NCBI RefSeq assembly: GCF_035634895.1
Contig: NZ_DASQCC010000100.1
Coordinates: forward strand, 333-64,332
Reading direction: 5' to 3'
From: Actinophytocola sp.
GTDB lineage: Bacteria; Actinomycetota; Actinomycetes; Mycobacteriales; Pseudonocardiaceae
DNA: 64,000 bases
In this document: one piece after another, positions 17,847 to 28,145 of the stretch
Layout of the letters: every line of letters begins with the position of its first letter
How positions within the stretch are numbered: position 1 is the first letter of the stretch
The notes under the pieces: model-generated
The model's database searches: none
What the model was told of the DNA's origin: nothing
The model's input: the letters and a program-made list of their open reading frames with translations, nothing else
Made by a program: the position numbers and the translations under genes

Positions 17847-18467
17847 TTACCTCATGGTCTGCAGTGTCTGCAGCGCCATCTCGGCCGCTTCCTTGCCACC
17901 CTGGCAGATGGCATCCCCGGTGATGTCGTCGCTGATCGGTTCCATCTCGACATGCAGATGCTGGTTCTTCGCTACGCCGACCGCGATGGCGCATTCGTGC
18001 TTTCCGCCACCCAGGAGGTGGAACTGGGCCGCCGGATAGCCGCCGACAGAGATCAACTTGACGTCGGCGTTGTGTGGTTCATTGATCCACCACGCCACGT
18101 CGACGTTCGTGACAGCGATCACGCTGTAGCTGATGAATGGCTCCTCGGCATCCTTGTCGAGAGTGCAGTTCTTCATGTCCTTGTAGATCGTCCCGGCATC
18201 GCCGCCGTCATCGGGGGTGACCTCGTTGATCTGCAGATCCGATCGCTGGGCTGTCGTGAACAGCGTGCACGGGTCGATGCCGTCGAGTGAGAGGTCCCGA
18301 GGTGGAGGCGGGACGTCCACCGAGGAAGTGCTCGGATTGCCGGTCGAAGTCGAACCGCCACCGGCCGTGGAAGAGTCGGAGGTCGCGCTGCCAGCCTGGC
18401 TGACCGTGCATCCCGCCACAAGGGCCACAGCCGCGACCACGGGGAGCAGGATCGACTTCCTACGCAC
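17847..18467 (-). CDS. DUF3558-like lipoprotein
   Basis: Lipobox LVAGC after VRRKSILLPVVAAVA, a Ser/Thr-rich linker, then DPCTLFTTAQRSDL...C...GYPAAQF...C...C. Candidate starts are GTG 18467, TTG 18479 or the ORF maximum 18530. Confidence 0.6.
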   Translation of the reverse strand: MRRKSILLPVVAAVALVAGCTVSQAGSATSDSSTAGGGSTSTGNPSTSSVDVPPPPRDLSLDGIDPCTLFTTAQRSDLQINEVTPDDGGDAGTIYKDMKNCTLDKDAEEPFISYSVIAVTNVDVAWWINEPHNADVKLISVGGYPAAQFHLLGGGKHECAIAVGVAKNQHLHVEMEPISDDITGDAICQGGKEAAEMALQTLQTMR

Positions 18468-18858
18468 CCTTTTTCCCAAAAGCCGTGGCGATCTGGTCCT
18501 CGGTGTAGCCATAGGTCTTGGCTGCGTCACCCAACTGGACTGCCAGCTTCTTCAGGCCCAGGACGTATTCCCTGATCCGCGTGTCGTAGGAGTCGTCGTT
18601 GTCGACGAGGACCTCGTTCCATGCCTTCGCCATACGGATGCTCACGTCGTCAGTGCCCGGCGGCTGGATACGAAGGTCGTGTCTGCGTTCTTGCCACACC
18701 TTCTGGAGGGCGTCAGCCTGGGACTCGACGATGCGGCCGGCGGCCAGGACGTTGTCCCTTGTCACTGTGAAGGTGCCGGACGTGATGGCCGCAGTCGCCT
18801 TGTTGAGCTTGGTGAAGGCGGTATCGACGCCGCTGGCTATGTCGCCGGCGAGGTACAT
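18460..18858 (-). CDS. PE-like small helical secretion-substrate candidate
   Basis: ATG 18858 with a GGGGAG RBS (GTG 18873 is an alternative), 132 aa. PPGTDDVSIRMAKAW resembles the PE core ..ADEVSAAIAALF. The C-terminal helix ends in AAKTYGYTED (YxxxE). Confidence 0.45.
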   Translation of the reverse strand: MYLAGDIASGVDTAFTKLNKATAAITSGTFTVTRDNVLAAGRIVESQADALQKVWQERRHDLRIQPPGTDDVSIRMAKAWNEVLVDNDDSYDTRIREYVLGLKKLAVQLGDAAKTYGYTEDQIATAFGKKGA

Positions 18859-18981
18859 CTCGTCGCTCCCCACTCTTCGTGACGGGCCGGTCTCTTTCCG
18901 CAGGTTACCAATGCCGCGCAGGACTCACCTGAACTTTGACGAAGAAGTGGCACTACCGGTTCCGCTGATTGGCTGAACCCG

Positions 18982-20238
18982 TTACGGAGCGGTGACCTCG
19001 CCCTTGGCCGCGCGTGCCGCGATGTCCGTCCGGTGGTGCGAGCCCGCCAGGTGGACCTCGTCCACTCGCCGGTACGCGTCCTCGCGGGCCTCCGTCAGGG
19101 TCTCGCCCGTGCCCACCACCGACAGGACGCGACCACCAGCGGACACGATCGCGCCGTCGTCGCGGCGGCGGGTGCCCGCGTGGAGGACGGCGTGGGCCTC
19201 GGCGCCGGTGATCACGTCGCCCGCGCGGGCTCGTGCGGGGTAGCCCTCGGCGGCGACCACCACCGTCACCGCGTAACCGTCGCTCCACTCCAGGGGTGGG
19301 TATGCCGCCAGGGTGCCCGTCGCGGCGGCGTTCAGTAGGCCGGCTATGGGGGTGCGGAGCAGGGGCAGGACAACCTGCGTCTCCGGGTCGCCGAAGCGGC
19401 AGTTGAACTCGATCACCTGCGGGCCGTCGCTCGTCAGTGCCAGGCCCGCGTACAGGAGGCCGGAGAACGGGGTGCCCCGCGCCGCCAGCTCGTCGACCAC
19501 CGGTTGGATGATCTTCGCCAGCACGTCCTTGACCATGCCGGGTGGTGCCCATGGCAGCGGGGCGTACGCGCCCATGCCGCCCGTGTTCGGGCCGGCGTCG
19601 TCGTCGCCGACGCGCTTGAAGTCCTGCGCGGGCACCAGTGGGACGACCGTCGTGCCGTCGACCACGCAGAACAGGGACGCCTCGGGGCCGTCCAGGAACG
19701 ACTCCAGCAGCACGGGGTGGCCGCCGTCCAGGAGGGTCATGGCGTGGGTGCGAGCCGCCGCTCGGTCGCTCGTGACCAGGACACCCTTGCCCGCGGCCAG
19801 GCCGTCGTCCTTGACGACCCAGGTGGGGCCGAAGTGGGCCAGGGCCGCGTCCAGCTTGGCCGGGTTGTCGACGATCTCGCTCTGGGCGGTCGGCACGCCG
19901 GCGGCGGCCATGACCTCCTTGGCGAACGCCTTCGAGCCCTCGATGCGGGCCGCCTCGGTGGACGGGCCGAAGCACGCGATGCCGGCCGCGCGCACGGCGT
20001 CGGCGGCACCCGCTACCAGCGGCACCTCCGGGCCGACGACGACCAGATCGGCGTCCCACTCCGTGGCCCGCGCGGCGATGGCCGCGGGGTCGGCGACGTC
20101 GACACCGTAGGACTCGGCGACGGCCGCCGTGCCCGCGTTGCCGGGGGCGCACGCCAGCGCCGTCACCGTGGGGTCGTGAGACAGCGCGAGCACCAGCGCG
20201 TGCTCACGCGCACCGGACCCAATCACCAGTACACGCAC
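18982..20238 (-). CDS. purD: phosphoribosylamine--glycine ligase
   Basis: GTG 20238 gives [23 protein letters not shown]-grasp motifs ([20 protein letters not shown]). The upstream ORF extension is junk. Confidence 0.95.
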   Translation of the reverse strand: MRVLVIGSGAREHALVLALSHDPTVTALACAPGNAGTAAVAESYGVDVADPAAIAARATEWDADLVVVGPEVPLVAGAADAVRAAGIACFGPSTEAARIEGSKAFAKEVMAAAGVPTAQSEIVDNPAKLDAALAHFGPTWVVKDDGLAAGKGVLVTSDRAAARTHAMTLLDGGHPVLLESFLDGPEASLFCVVDGTTVVPLVPAQDFKRVGDDDAGPNTGGMGAYAPLPWAPPGMVKDVLAKIIQPVVDELAARGTPFSGLLYAGLALTSDGPQVIEFNCRFGDPETQVVLPLLRTPIAGLLNAAATGTLAAYPPLEWSDGYAVTVVVAAEGYPARARAGDVITGAEAHAVLHAGTRRRDDGAIVSAGGRVLSVVGTGETLTEAREDAYRRVDEVHLAGSHHRTDIAARAAKGEVTAP

Positions 20239-20427
20239 GAGCAAACAGCGTAGATGGGACGGCCGGCCGGGGCAGCGCCAGGGCCGAGACGTGCTCGAAC
20301 CCATGCGATACCGACACCGGTTCTTGGTCTCGCGAACCACGCCGTCCCGCCGGAAAGCCCGTTGCCCGTCAGGAAACCGACCATCGCCGAAGAAATTTCA
20401 GCTTTGTGGACCTCTTGTGGTTACGTA

Positions 20428-20521
20428 GGCAGCCCCCACCCGATCCCGGGGGCCACCCCGCTTGCCAGTCTACCGGGTGGGGGTGACGGGAGGGGGGATC
20501 TTGATCTTGACTGTGGATAAC
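20428..20521 (+). repeat. ~94-nt intergenic element (C5-loop-G5 hairpin ... CTACCGG ... G-run ... TGTGGATAAC), copy upstream of purD
   Basis: GGCAGCCCCCACCCGATCCCGGGGGCC matches 24 of 28 positions of 29609-29636. Both copies end in TGTGGATA(A/G)C at the same distance. Confidence 0.65.
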
Positions 20522-20571
20522 TGGGGCGGTTGTGGATGGCTGGCCCGACACCCGGCCTGACCAGCCTTTTC

Positions 20572-21549
20572 CTACTTCGCGGCCAGGGCTTGGGCGGCGC
20601 CCGGGTGGAGTTTCACGGGGGCGGTGTCCGTGGCTTTCACCCGGTCGAGGGCTCTTGCCGCCTGGTGGACCTTCACCAGTTCGTCCTTCTTGTCGAAGAT
20701 CAGTTTGGTGATGGCGCACGCGTTGTTGTTCGGGAAGTCCTTGCGGACCAGCAACATGTTCGGCACCACGATGCTCGGGACGTCCTTGGGCAACCCGTAC
20801 GTGGCCGCCGGCATCGTCCCCTTCTCGTAGACCGGGTTGACCTTCTTCAGGTCGTCCAGCAGGTTCGTCACGTCGACGAACTTCACGTCCACCGAGGTCG
20901 TCAGGTCGGTCAGCTCGGGGGTTGGCAGGCCGCCTGACCAGATCAGCCCGTCGATCTGCCCCGCCTTCATCTGGTCCACCGTCGGGCGCAGGGCGAGGCG
21001 TTGGGCCGAGATGTCCGTGTCCGACAGGCCCGCCGCCGTCAGCAGGCGGTTCGCGATCACCTCCGTGCCGGACTTCGGGGAACCCGTGGAGATCCGCTTG
21101 CCCTTCATGTCCGCCATCGTGTCGATGCCGCTGTTCGCGCGCACGACCACCTGCGTGTAGTTCGGGTAGATGCGGGCCAGTGCCTCGACGTCCTGGCGCT
21201 TTCCGTCGAACGACGCCTTGCCCTCCACCGCGTCCGCCGCCGTGTCGGCCAGCGCGAACGCCACGTCGTAGTCACCCGCCACCAGCTGCTGGATGTTCTG
21301 CACCGACGCCCCGGTCTCCGCCGCCGTCGCCTTCAGTGGGGTGTTGTCGCTGATCAGCTGCGCCAGGCCGCCGCCGAGCGTGTAGTACACCCCGCCCGTG
21401 TTCCCGGTCGCGATCGTGATTCTGCCGCTGGACGCCTCGCAGCCGCCCGACGACTCGTTCGACGCGTTGCTCGCCTGTTTCCCCCCGCACGCCGCCGCCA
21501 CCATGGCGACCGCCAGCGCGGCGGACGCGATCCGCATGGCTCGCATCAT
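20572..21549 (-). CDS. TAXI-family TRAP transporter solute-binding protein (lipoprotein)
   Basis: MMRAMRIASAALAVAMVAAACGG signal/lipobox and IATGNTGGVYYTLGGGLAQL (TAXI signature). The start overlaps the permease stop. Confidence 0.9.
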   Translation of the reverse strand: MMRAMRIASAALAVAMVAAACGGKQASNASNESSGGCEASSGRITIATGNTGGVYYTLGGGLAQLISDNTPLKATAAETGASVQNIQQLVAGDYDVAFALADTAADAVEGKASFDGKRQDVEALARIYPNYTQVVVRANSGIDTMADMKGKRISTGSPKSGTEVIANRLLTAAGLSDTDISAQRLALRPTVDQMKAGQIDGLIWSGGLPTPELTDLTTSVDVKFVDVTNLLDDLKKVNPVYEKGTMPAATYGLPKDVPSIVVPNMLLVRKDFPNNNACAITKLIFDKKDELVKVHQAARALDRVKATDTAPVKLHPGAAQALAAK

Positions 21550-23594
21550 TGGGCTCCTTGTTCTCTCGGGGTCCTGCGGCCGATCAGGTGGATGACGACC
21601 GCCACCGCAAAGAAACCGACGCCGATCGCTATCGACAGCGGTTGCAGGTAGAGCAAGAGCAGGGCCGCCGGCACGCACATGGCACGTTCCGGCCACCGAG
21701 CCGGGCCGAACAGCCAGCCGCCCGTGACGACCGCCAGGGCCGCCACGCCGAGCGCGGACACCACGACGACCCACAGCACCGTCACCGCGTCCTGCTGGAG
21801 CAGCAACGCGGAACCGTTGTCCGTCAACACGAACGCCAACGGCACCAGGAACGCGGGCAGCGTGTACTTCCACGTCTGCCACATCGTCCTCATCACCGAA
21901 CCGCCGGTGATCGCGGCCGCCGCCACCGCGGCCAGGGCGGTCGGCGGGGTCACCTCCGACAGGACCGCGTAGTAGAAGATGAACATCGCGACCTCGGGCG
22001 GCGCCACGTTCAGATCCGCCAGCGCCGGGCCAAGCACCACCCACGCGATGATGAACGACGCGGTCACCGGCACCGCAAGGCCCAGCACGCTCACCGCGAC
22101 CGCCGCGAAGACGGCCGTCAGCACCAGGGCCATGGTCGGGTTCGACGCCAGCGCCTGTGCCTTGTCCACGAGTGTCGACGCCAGCTCCTGGCCCAGCCCC
22201 GTCTTCGTGATCGTCGACGTGATCACCCCCGCCGCCGCGCACACCGCGACCACCGGGAGCGCGCCGCGGATGCCTTCCGCCAACGAGTCCGCGATCAGGC
22301 GCACCCAGGCGAGCGGCGACCCGCCGCCCACCAGTTGCGAGATCAGCGCGAACAGCGCCGACACACCCGTCGCGTAGACCACCGCGGTGAACGGCGGGAT
22401 GTCCAGTGCCAGGAACACCACGATGATCCCCAGCGACACGAAGTGGTAGCCGCCGCCCTTCAGCAGCTCCCACACCCGCGGGGTGTCCAGGTCCACCGGC
22501 TTCGCGCCGAAGCGCCGCGCGTCGGCCTCCACCGCGAACGCGATGCCCAGGTAGTACAGGACCGTCGGCATGATCGCCCACAGCAGCACGGTCAGGTACG
22601 AGACCTGCAGGTACTCCGCGATGATGAACGCCGCCGCGCCCAGCGTCGGCGGCGACAGGATCGCGCCGATGCCCGACGCGGCGAGGAGTCCGCCCGCGTT
22701 CTCGCGCGGGTAGCCGGCACGCCGCAGCACCGGCCACGTGATCGCGCCGAGGCTCACCGTCGTCGCCGTGCCCGAGCCCGACACCGTGCCGAGCAGGAAG
22801 CCCGACAGCGCGGCCGTGCGCCCGGGCGCGGTGCGGGACCTGCGGAACGTGGCGAAGCTCAGGTCCACGAAGAACGTGCCGGCACCGGACGCGGACAGCA
22901 CCGCGCCGTAGATCGTGAACAGCACGATGTACGTCGCGGCCACGTCCAGCGGGATGCCGTAGAACCCGCTCTGGTCGTTGTACAGCGCGTTGACGATCTG
23001 GCTGAAGTCCACGCCCGCGTGCGCGATGTCCCAGTCCTGCGGCAGGTAGCCGCCGTAGTACGCGTACGCCAGAAAAGCCAGGCACACCAACGGAAGCACC
23101 AGACCGGTCGTGCGCCTGGTCGCCTCCAGGACCAGGACCAGCAGCAGCGCGCCCGCTATGACGTCCGGTGTGGACAGGATCCCCTGCCGGTCCAGGAACG
23201 CGTCGAAGCCGCCCGCGAAGCCGTCGCCGCCGACCGGCAGCACCGGGTACAGACCGACCAGCAACGCGATCACCGCGAACGCCCAGTCGAGCGGGCCGGG
23301 GTTGTCGGGGTCCTTGGCCGTGCCACGCATCCGGTAGCACAGGAACACCAGCGGCAGCGTGAGTGCCAGGAAGATCACCAGGTAGAACTGGTTGCCCGTG
23401 GCGAACGGCCAGAAGACCTGTTTGAGCACGAGCAGGGCGACCGCGATCGACGCCGCCCAGACGAACCGGTCCCAGCGGCCGGTCAGCCGCCGCGCCGGGC
23501 GTTCCTCGTCGTGCTCGCCGACCGTGCCGGCCACACCCACCTCGGCGTCCATGTCTTCCGTAGACCTGGTCACCATCCGCAACCTACCGGTCAC
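21546..23594 (-). CDS. TRAP transporter fused permease subunit (TAXI-type)
   Basis: 682 aa with many TM segments, immediately upstream of and overlapping the TAXI receptor gene. The start is uncertain (GTG 23594, ATG 23576 or ATG 23552). Confidence 0.85.
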   Translation of the reverse strand: MTGRLRMVTRSTEDMDAEVGVAGTVGEHDEERPARRLTGRWDRFVWAASIAVALLVLKQVFWPFATGNQFYLVIFLALTLPLVFLCYRMRGTAKDPDNPGPLDWAFAVIALLVGLYPVLPVGGDGFAGGFDAFLDRQGILSTPDVIAGALLLVLVLEATRRTTGLVLPLVCLAFLAYAYYGGYLPQDWDIAHAGVDFSQIVNALYNDQSGFYGIPLDVAATYIVLFTIYGAVLSASGAGTFFVDLSFATFRRSRTAPGRTAALSGFLLGTVSGSGTATTVSLGAITWPVLRRAGYPRENAGGLLAASGIGAILSPPTLGAAAFIIAEYLQVSYLTVLLWAIMPTVLYYLGIAFAVEADARRFGAKPVDLDTPRVWELLKGGGYHFVSLGIIVVFLALDIPPFTAVVYATGVSALFALISQLVGGGSPLAWVRLIADSLAEGIRGALPVVAVCAAAGVITSTITKTGLGQELASTLVDKAQALASNPTMALVLTAVFAAVAVSVLGLAVPVTASFIIAWVVLGPALADLNVAPPEVAMFIFYYAVLSEVTPPTALAAVAAAAITGGSVMRTMWQTWKYTLPAFLVPLAFVLTDNGSALLLQQDAVTVLWVVVVSALGVAALAVVTGGWLFGPARWPERAMCVPAALLLLYLQPLSIAIGVGFFAVAVVIHLIGRRTPREQGAQ

Positions 23595-23718
23595 GCCGAC
23601 AAGATGATCGGATGCGTAATCGCTTCGTCACCTTCTCCTCTGGTGGAGTTTCCTCAGCTGGGCAACGATGCGCAGGCCTTGCGGCAGCGCCGTGAGGCTT
23701 CGATCGGAGGAGGAGACC

Positions 23719-24831
23719 GTGAGTTCGAAGTTACTGCGCCTGGCCGTCACGGCGACGGCGGCGCTCGCCCTGGTCGGCGCGGCTCCCGCGACGGCCGAGC
23801 ACGGCCCGGCCACGACCACCGCCGCACACGACGACTTCACCGTCGTCGGGCACCGCGGCGCCGCGGGGTACCGGCCGGAGCACACGCTCGCGTCCTACGA
23901 GCTCGCGGCCCGGATGGGCGCCGACTACATCGAGCCGGACCTGGTCGTCACCAGGGACGGCGTGCTGGTCGCCCGGCACGAGCCGGAGATCGGCGGCACC
24001 ACCGACGTCGCGGCCCACCCCGAGTTCGCCGGCCGCAAGACCACCAAGCTGCTCGACGGTGTGGCCACCACCGGCTGGTTCACCGAGGACTTCACGCTCG
24101 CCGAGCTGAAGACGTTGCGTGCCAAGGAACGCATCCCGGCCGTCCGCCAGCGCAACACGATCTACGACGGGAAGTACCAGGTCCCGACGTTCCAGGAGGT
24201 CATCGACCTGTCGCGGCGGCTGTCGCGCGAGCTGCACCGGGAGATCGGCATCTACCCGGAGACCAAGCACCCCACGTACTTCCGCAAGCAGGGCCTGCCG
24301 CTGGAGCCGCGACTCGTGGCGGCGCTCAACCGCAACGGGCTGAACCGCCCCAGCGCCAAGGTGTTCGTGCAGTCGTTCGAGGTCACGAACCTGATCCAGC
24401 TGCACAGGGTGCTGCGGGTGCCCCTCGTGCAGCTGACCTCCGCGTCGGGAGCGCCGTTCGACTTCGTGGACTCCGGTGACCCGCGGACCTACGCGGACAT
24501 CACCTCGGCCACGGGCCTGAAGGACGTCGCCAGGTACGCCGAGGGCCTCGGGCCGGACAAGAACCAGATCATCCCGCGCGACGCCGCCGGCTTCCTTGCG
24601 GCGCCGACGACGCTGGTCCGGGACGCGCACCGGGCGGGCCTGAAGGTCCACCCGTACACGTTCCGCGCGGAGAACACGTTCCTGCCGGCGGACTTCCGCT
24701 CCTCAGCGGACCCGAACGCGTACGGCGACCTGTTCGGTGAGATCGCCACGTTCAAGGCCACGGGCATCGACGGCCTGTTCACCGACAACACCGACATCGC
24801 GGTGGCACAGGAGCAGTTGGCCGCCGCCTAG
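23719..24831 (+). CDS. glpQ: secreted glycerophosphodiester phosphodiesterase
   Basis: GTG 23719 after GGAGGAGGAG. Signal peptide, then VVGHRGAAGYRPEHT and YIEPDLV motifs of the GDPD family. Confidence 0.9.
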   Translation: MSSKLLRLAVTATAALALVGAAPATAEHGPATTTAAHDDFTVVGHRGAAGYRPEHTLASYELAARMGADYIEPDLVVTRDGVLVARHEPEIGGTTDVAAHPEFAGRKTTKLLDGVATTGWFTEDFTLAELKTLRAKERIPAVRQRNTIYDGKYQVPTFQEVIDLSRRLSRELHREIGIYPETKHPTYFRKQGLPLEPRLVAALNRNGLNRPSAKVFVQSFEVTNLIQLHRVLRVPLVQLTSASGAPFDFVDSGDPRTYADITSATGLKDVARYAEGLGPDKNQIIPRDAAGFLAAPTTLVRDAHRAGLKVHPYTFRAENTFLPADFRSSADPNAYGDLFGEIATFKATGIDGLFTDNTDIAVAQEQLAAA

Positions 24832-24835
24832 GCTT

Positions 24836-24876
24836 ACGGACCCCCTCGGGACGCCCAATGTCCCGAGGGGGGTCCG

Positions 24877-24877
<1 letters not shown>
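24836..24877. terminator. bidirectional stem-loop between convergent glpQ-like gene and purA
   Basis: ACGGACCCCCTCGGGAC / GTCCCGAGGGGGGTCCGT form a 17-bp stem with one bulged G and a 7-nt loop. The right arm touches the purA stop codon. Confidence 0.7.
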
Positions 24878-26893
<2,016 letters not shown>

Positions 26894-27034
26894 GGCGCGA
26901 GCCCCGGCGCTCACAGTCCTGCCGGACCACTGCTGATCCCTTTGGACCACAACGAAAGTCGGCAATTCGCCGAGGTCATTGCCCTGCCGGCCAACGGTGT
27001 CGCATCGTCGATGCACTCTACTCAGGAGGGCACG

Positions 27035-27661
27035 ATGTCGGGGAAAGCTTTTGTCGGCGCGGTGTTGCTGGCCGCCGGGGCCGTGATCGGGCTCGGCGGT
27101 GCGGCTCAGGCGACTCCACCGGGTATCCCTTCGGCGGGTACCGCTCGGACCGAGCTGGCGGCGCTCACGGTAGCGCCGGACGGCTCCATGGACGGCTACG
27201 ACCGGGACCGGTTCCCGCACTGGCACAGCGTCGAAGGTGCTTGCAACACAAGGGAGATGGTGCTCCAGCGGGACGGCGACGGGGTCGAGACGGGCAGCGA
27301 CTGCGCGCCGACGTCCGGGAGCTGGACCAGTCCGTACGACGGGGACACCTGGACCCAGGCGTCCGATGTGGACATCGACCACATGGTCCCGCTCGCGGTC
27401 GCGTGGCGGTCCGGTGCGTCGAGCTGGACGACGGCCGAGCGTGAGGCGTTCGCCAACGACCTGAACTCGCCGCAGCTGTGGGCGGTCACGGACAACGTGA
27501 ACCAGGAGAAGAGCGACCAGACGCCGGACGAGTGGAAACCGCCACTGGAGTCGGAGTGGTGTGAGTACGCGCGGGCCTACACGCACGTGAAGTACCTCTA
27601 CGAGCTGACGGTCGACTCGACCGAGGAGGGCGCGCTAGCCGACATGCTCGCGACCTGCTGA
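27035..27661 (+). CDS. secreted DUF1524 / HNH (His-Me finger) nuclease family protein
   Basis: ATG 27035 after CAGGAGGG. Signal peptide AVIGLGGAAQA. DRDRFPHW, DIDHMVPLAVAWRSGA and NQEKSDQTPDEW match the DUF1524 motif pattern. Confidence 0.7.
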   Translation: MSGKAFVGAVLLAAGAVIGLGGAAQATPPGIPSAGTARTELAALTVAPDGSMDGYDRDRFPHWHSVEGACNTREMVLQRDGDGVETGSDCAPTSGSWTSPYDGDTWTQASDVDIDHMVPLAVAWRSGASSWTTAEREAFANDLNSPQLWAVTDNVNQEKSDQTPDEWKPPLESEWCEYARAYTHVKYLYELTVDSTEEGALADMLATC

Positions 27662-27671
27662 CCCGTCCCGG

Positions 27672-27712
27672 CGGACCCCCTTCGAGGCGATGACCGTCTC
27701 GAAGGGGGTCCG
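27672..27712. terminator. bidirectional stem-loop between convergent nuclease gene and DUF3151 gene
   Basis: CGGACCCCCTTCGAG / CTCGAAGGGGGTCCG form a perfect 15-bp stem with an 11-nt loop. Confidence 0.7.
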
Positions 27713-27720
27713 TCACGGCG

Positions 27721-28140
27721 TCAGGCCAGGCCGAGCTGGGCGGGCGCCTCGGGGTCGGAGTCGGCGAGGAACTGCCTGCACCGCTCGTACTCCTCGACGT
27801 CGTTGATCGCCTGCGCGGCCCGCGACAGCGCGGCGAGCGCCCGGAGGAAGCCCTGGTTGGGCCGGTGTGCCCACGGGATGGGGCCGTGGCCCTTCCAGCC
27901 AGCCCGGCGCAGCTGGTCGAGCCCGCGGTGGTAGCCGGTGCGTGCGTAGGCGTAGGCGGCGACCGGGTTGTTCTCCGTCAGCGCCAGCTCGGCGAGCGCC
28001 GCCCAGCCCTCGCTGAAGTCCGGCCACTCGGTGACGACCTTCGACGGCTCCGTACCGCCCTCCATCGCCGCCTGCGCCTCGGGGCGCTCGGGCAGGTGGG
28101 TGGCCGGCGGACCGCCGAACAGGTTCTCCTGCAAGGTCAT
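27721..28140 (-). CDS. DUF3151 domain-containing protein
   Basis: 139 aa from ATG 28140, immediately downstream of fba (the typical actinobacterial pairing). WAALAELALTENNPVAAYAYARTGYHRGLD. Confidence 0.75.
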   Translation of the reverse strand: MTLQENLFGGPPATHLPERPEAQAAMEGGTEPSKVVTEWPDFSEGWAALAELALTENNPVAAYAYARTGYHRGLDQLRRAGWKGHGPIPWAHRPNQGFLRALAALSRAAQAINDVEEYERCRQFLADSDPEAPAQLGLA

Positions 28141-28145
28141 GGCGC

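Noticed and set aside
15008-17923. Very long ORFs on the opposite strand or in alternative frames of real genes. Examples are 15008-17923 (971 aa), 21549-24479 (976 aa), 53170-56199 upstream portion (1009 aa), 61366-63885 (839 aa) and 49188-51599 (803 aa).
   Set aside because: Their translations are Arg/Gly/Pro/Ala-rich with no recognisable motifs, and they overlap ORFs with clear family signatures. They are the usual stop-codon-poor shadow frames of high-GC DNA.
14318-18873. Calling the 14.3-18.9 kb cluster a complete ESX/type VII secretion locus.
   Set aside because: No FtsK/SpoIIIE-type EccC, EccB/D/E, mycosin or EsxA/EsxB pair is present in the cluster or elsewhere in the window. Only substrate-, chaperone- and effector-like genes are seen.
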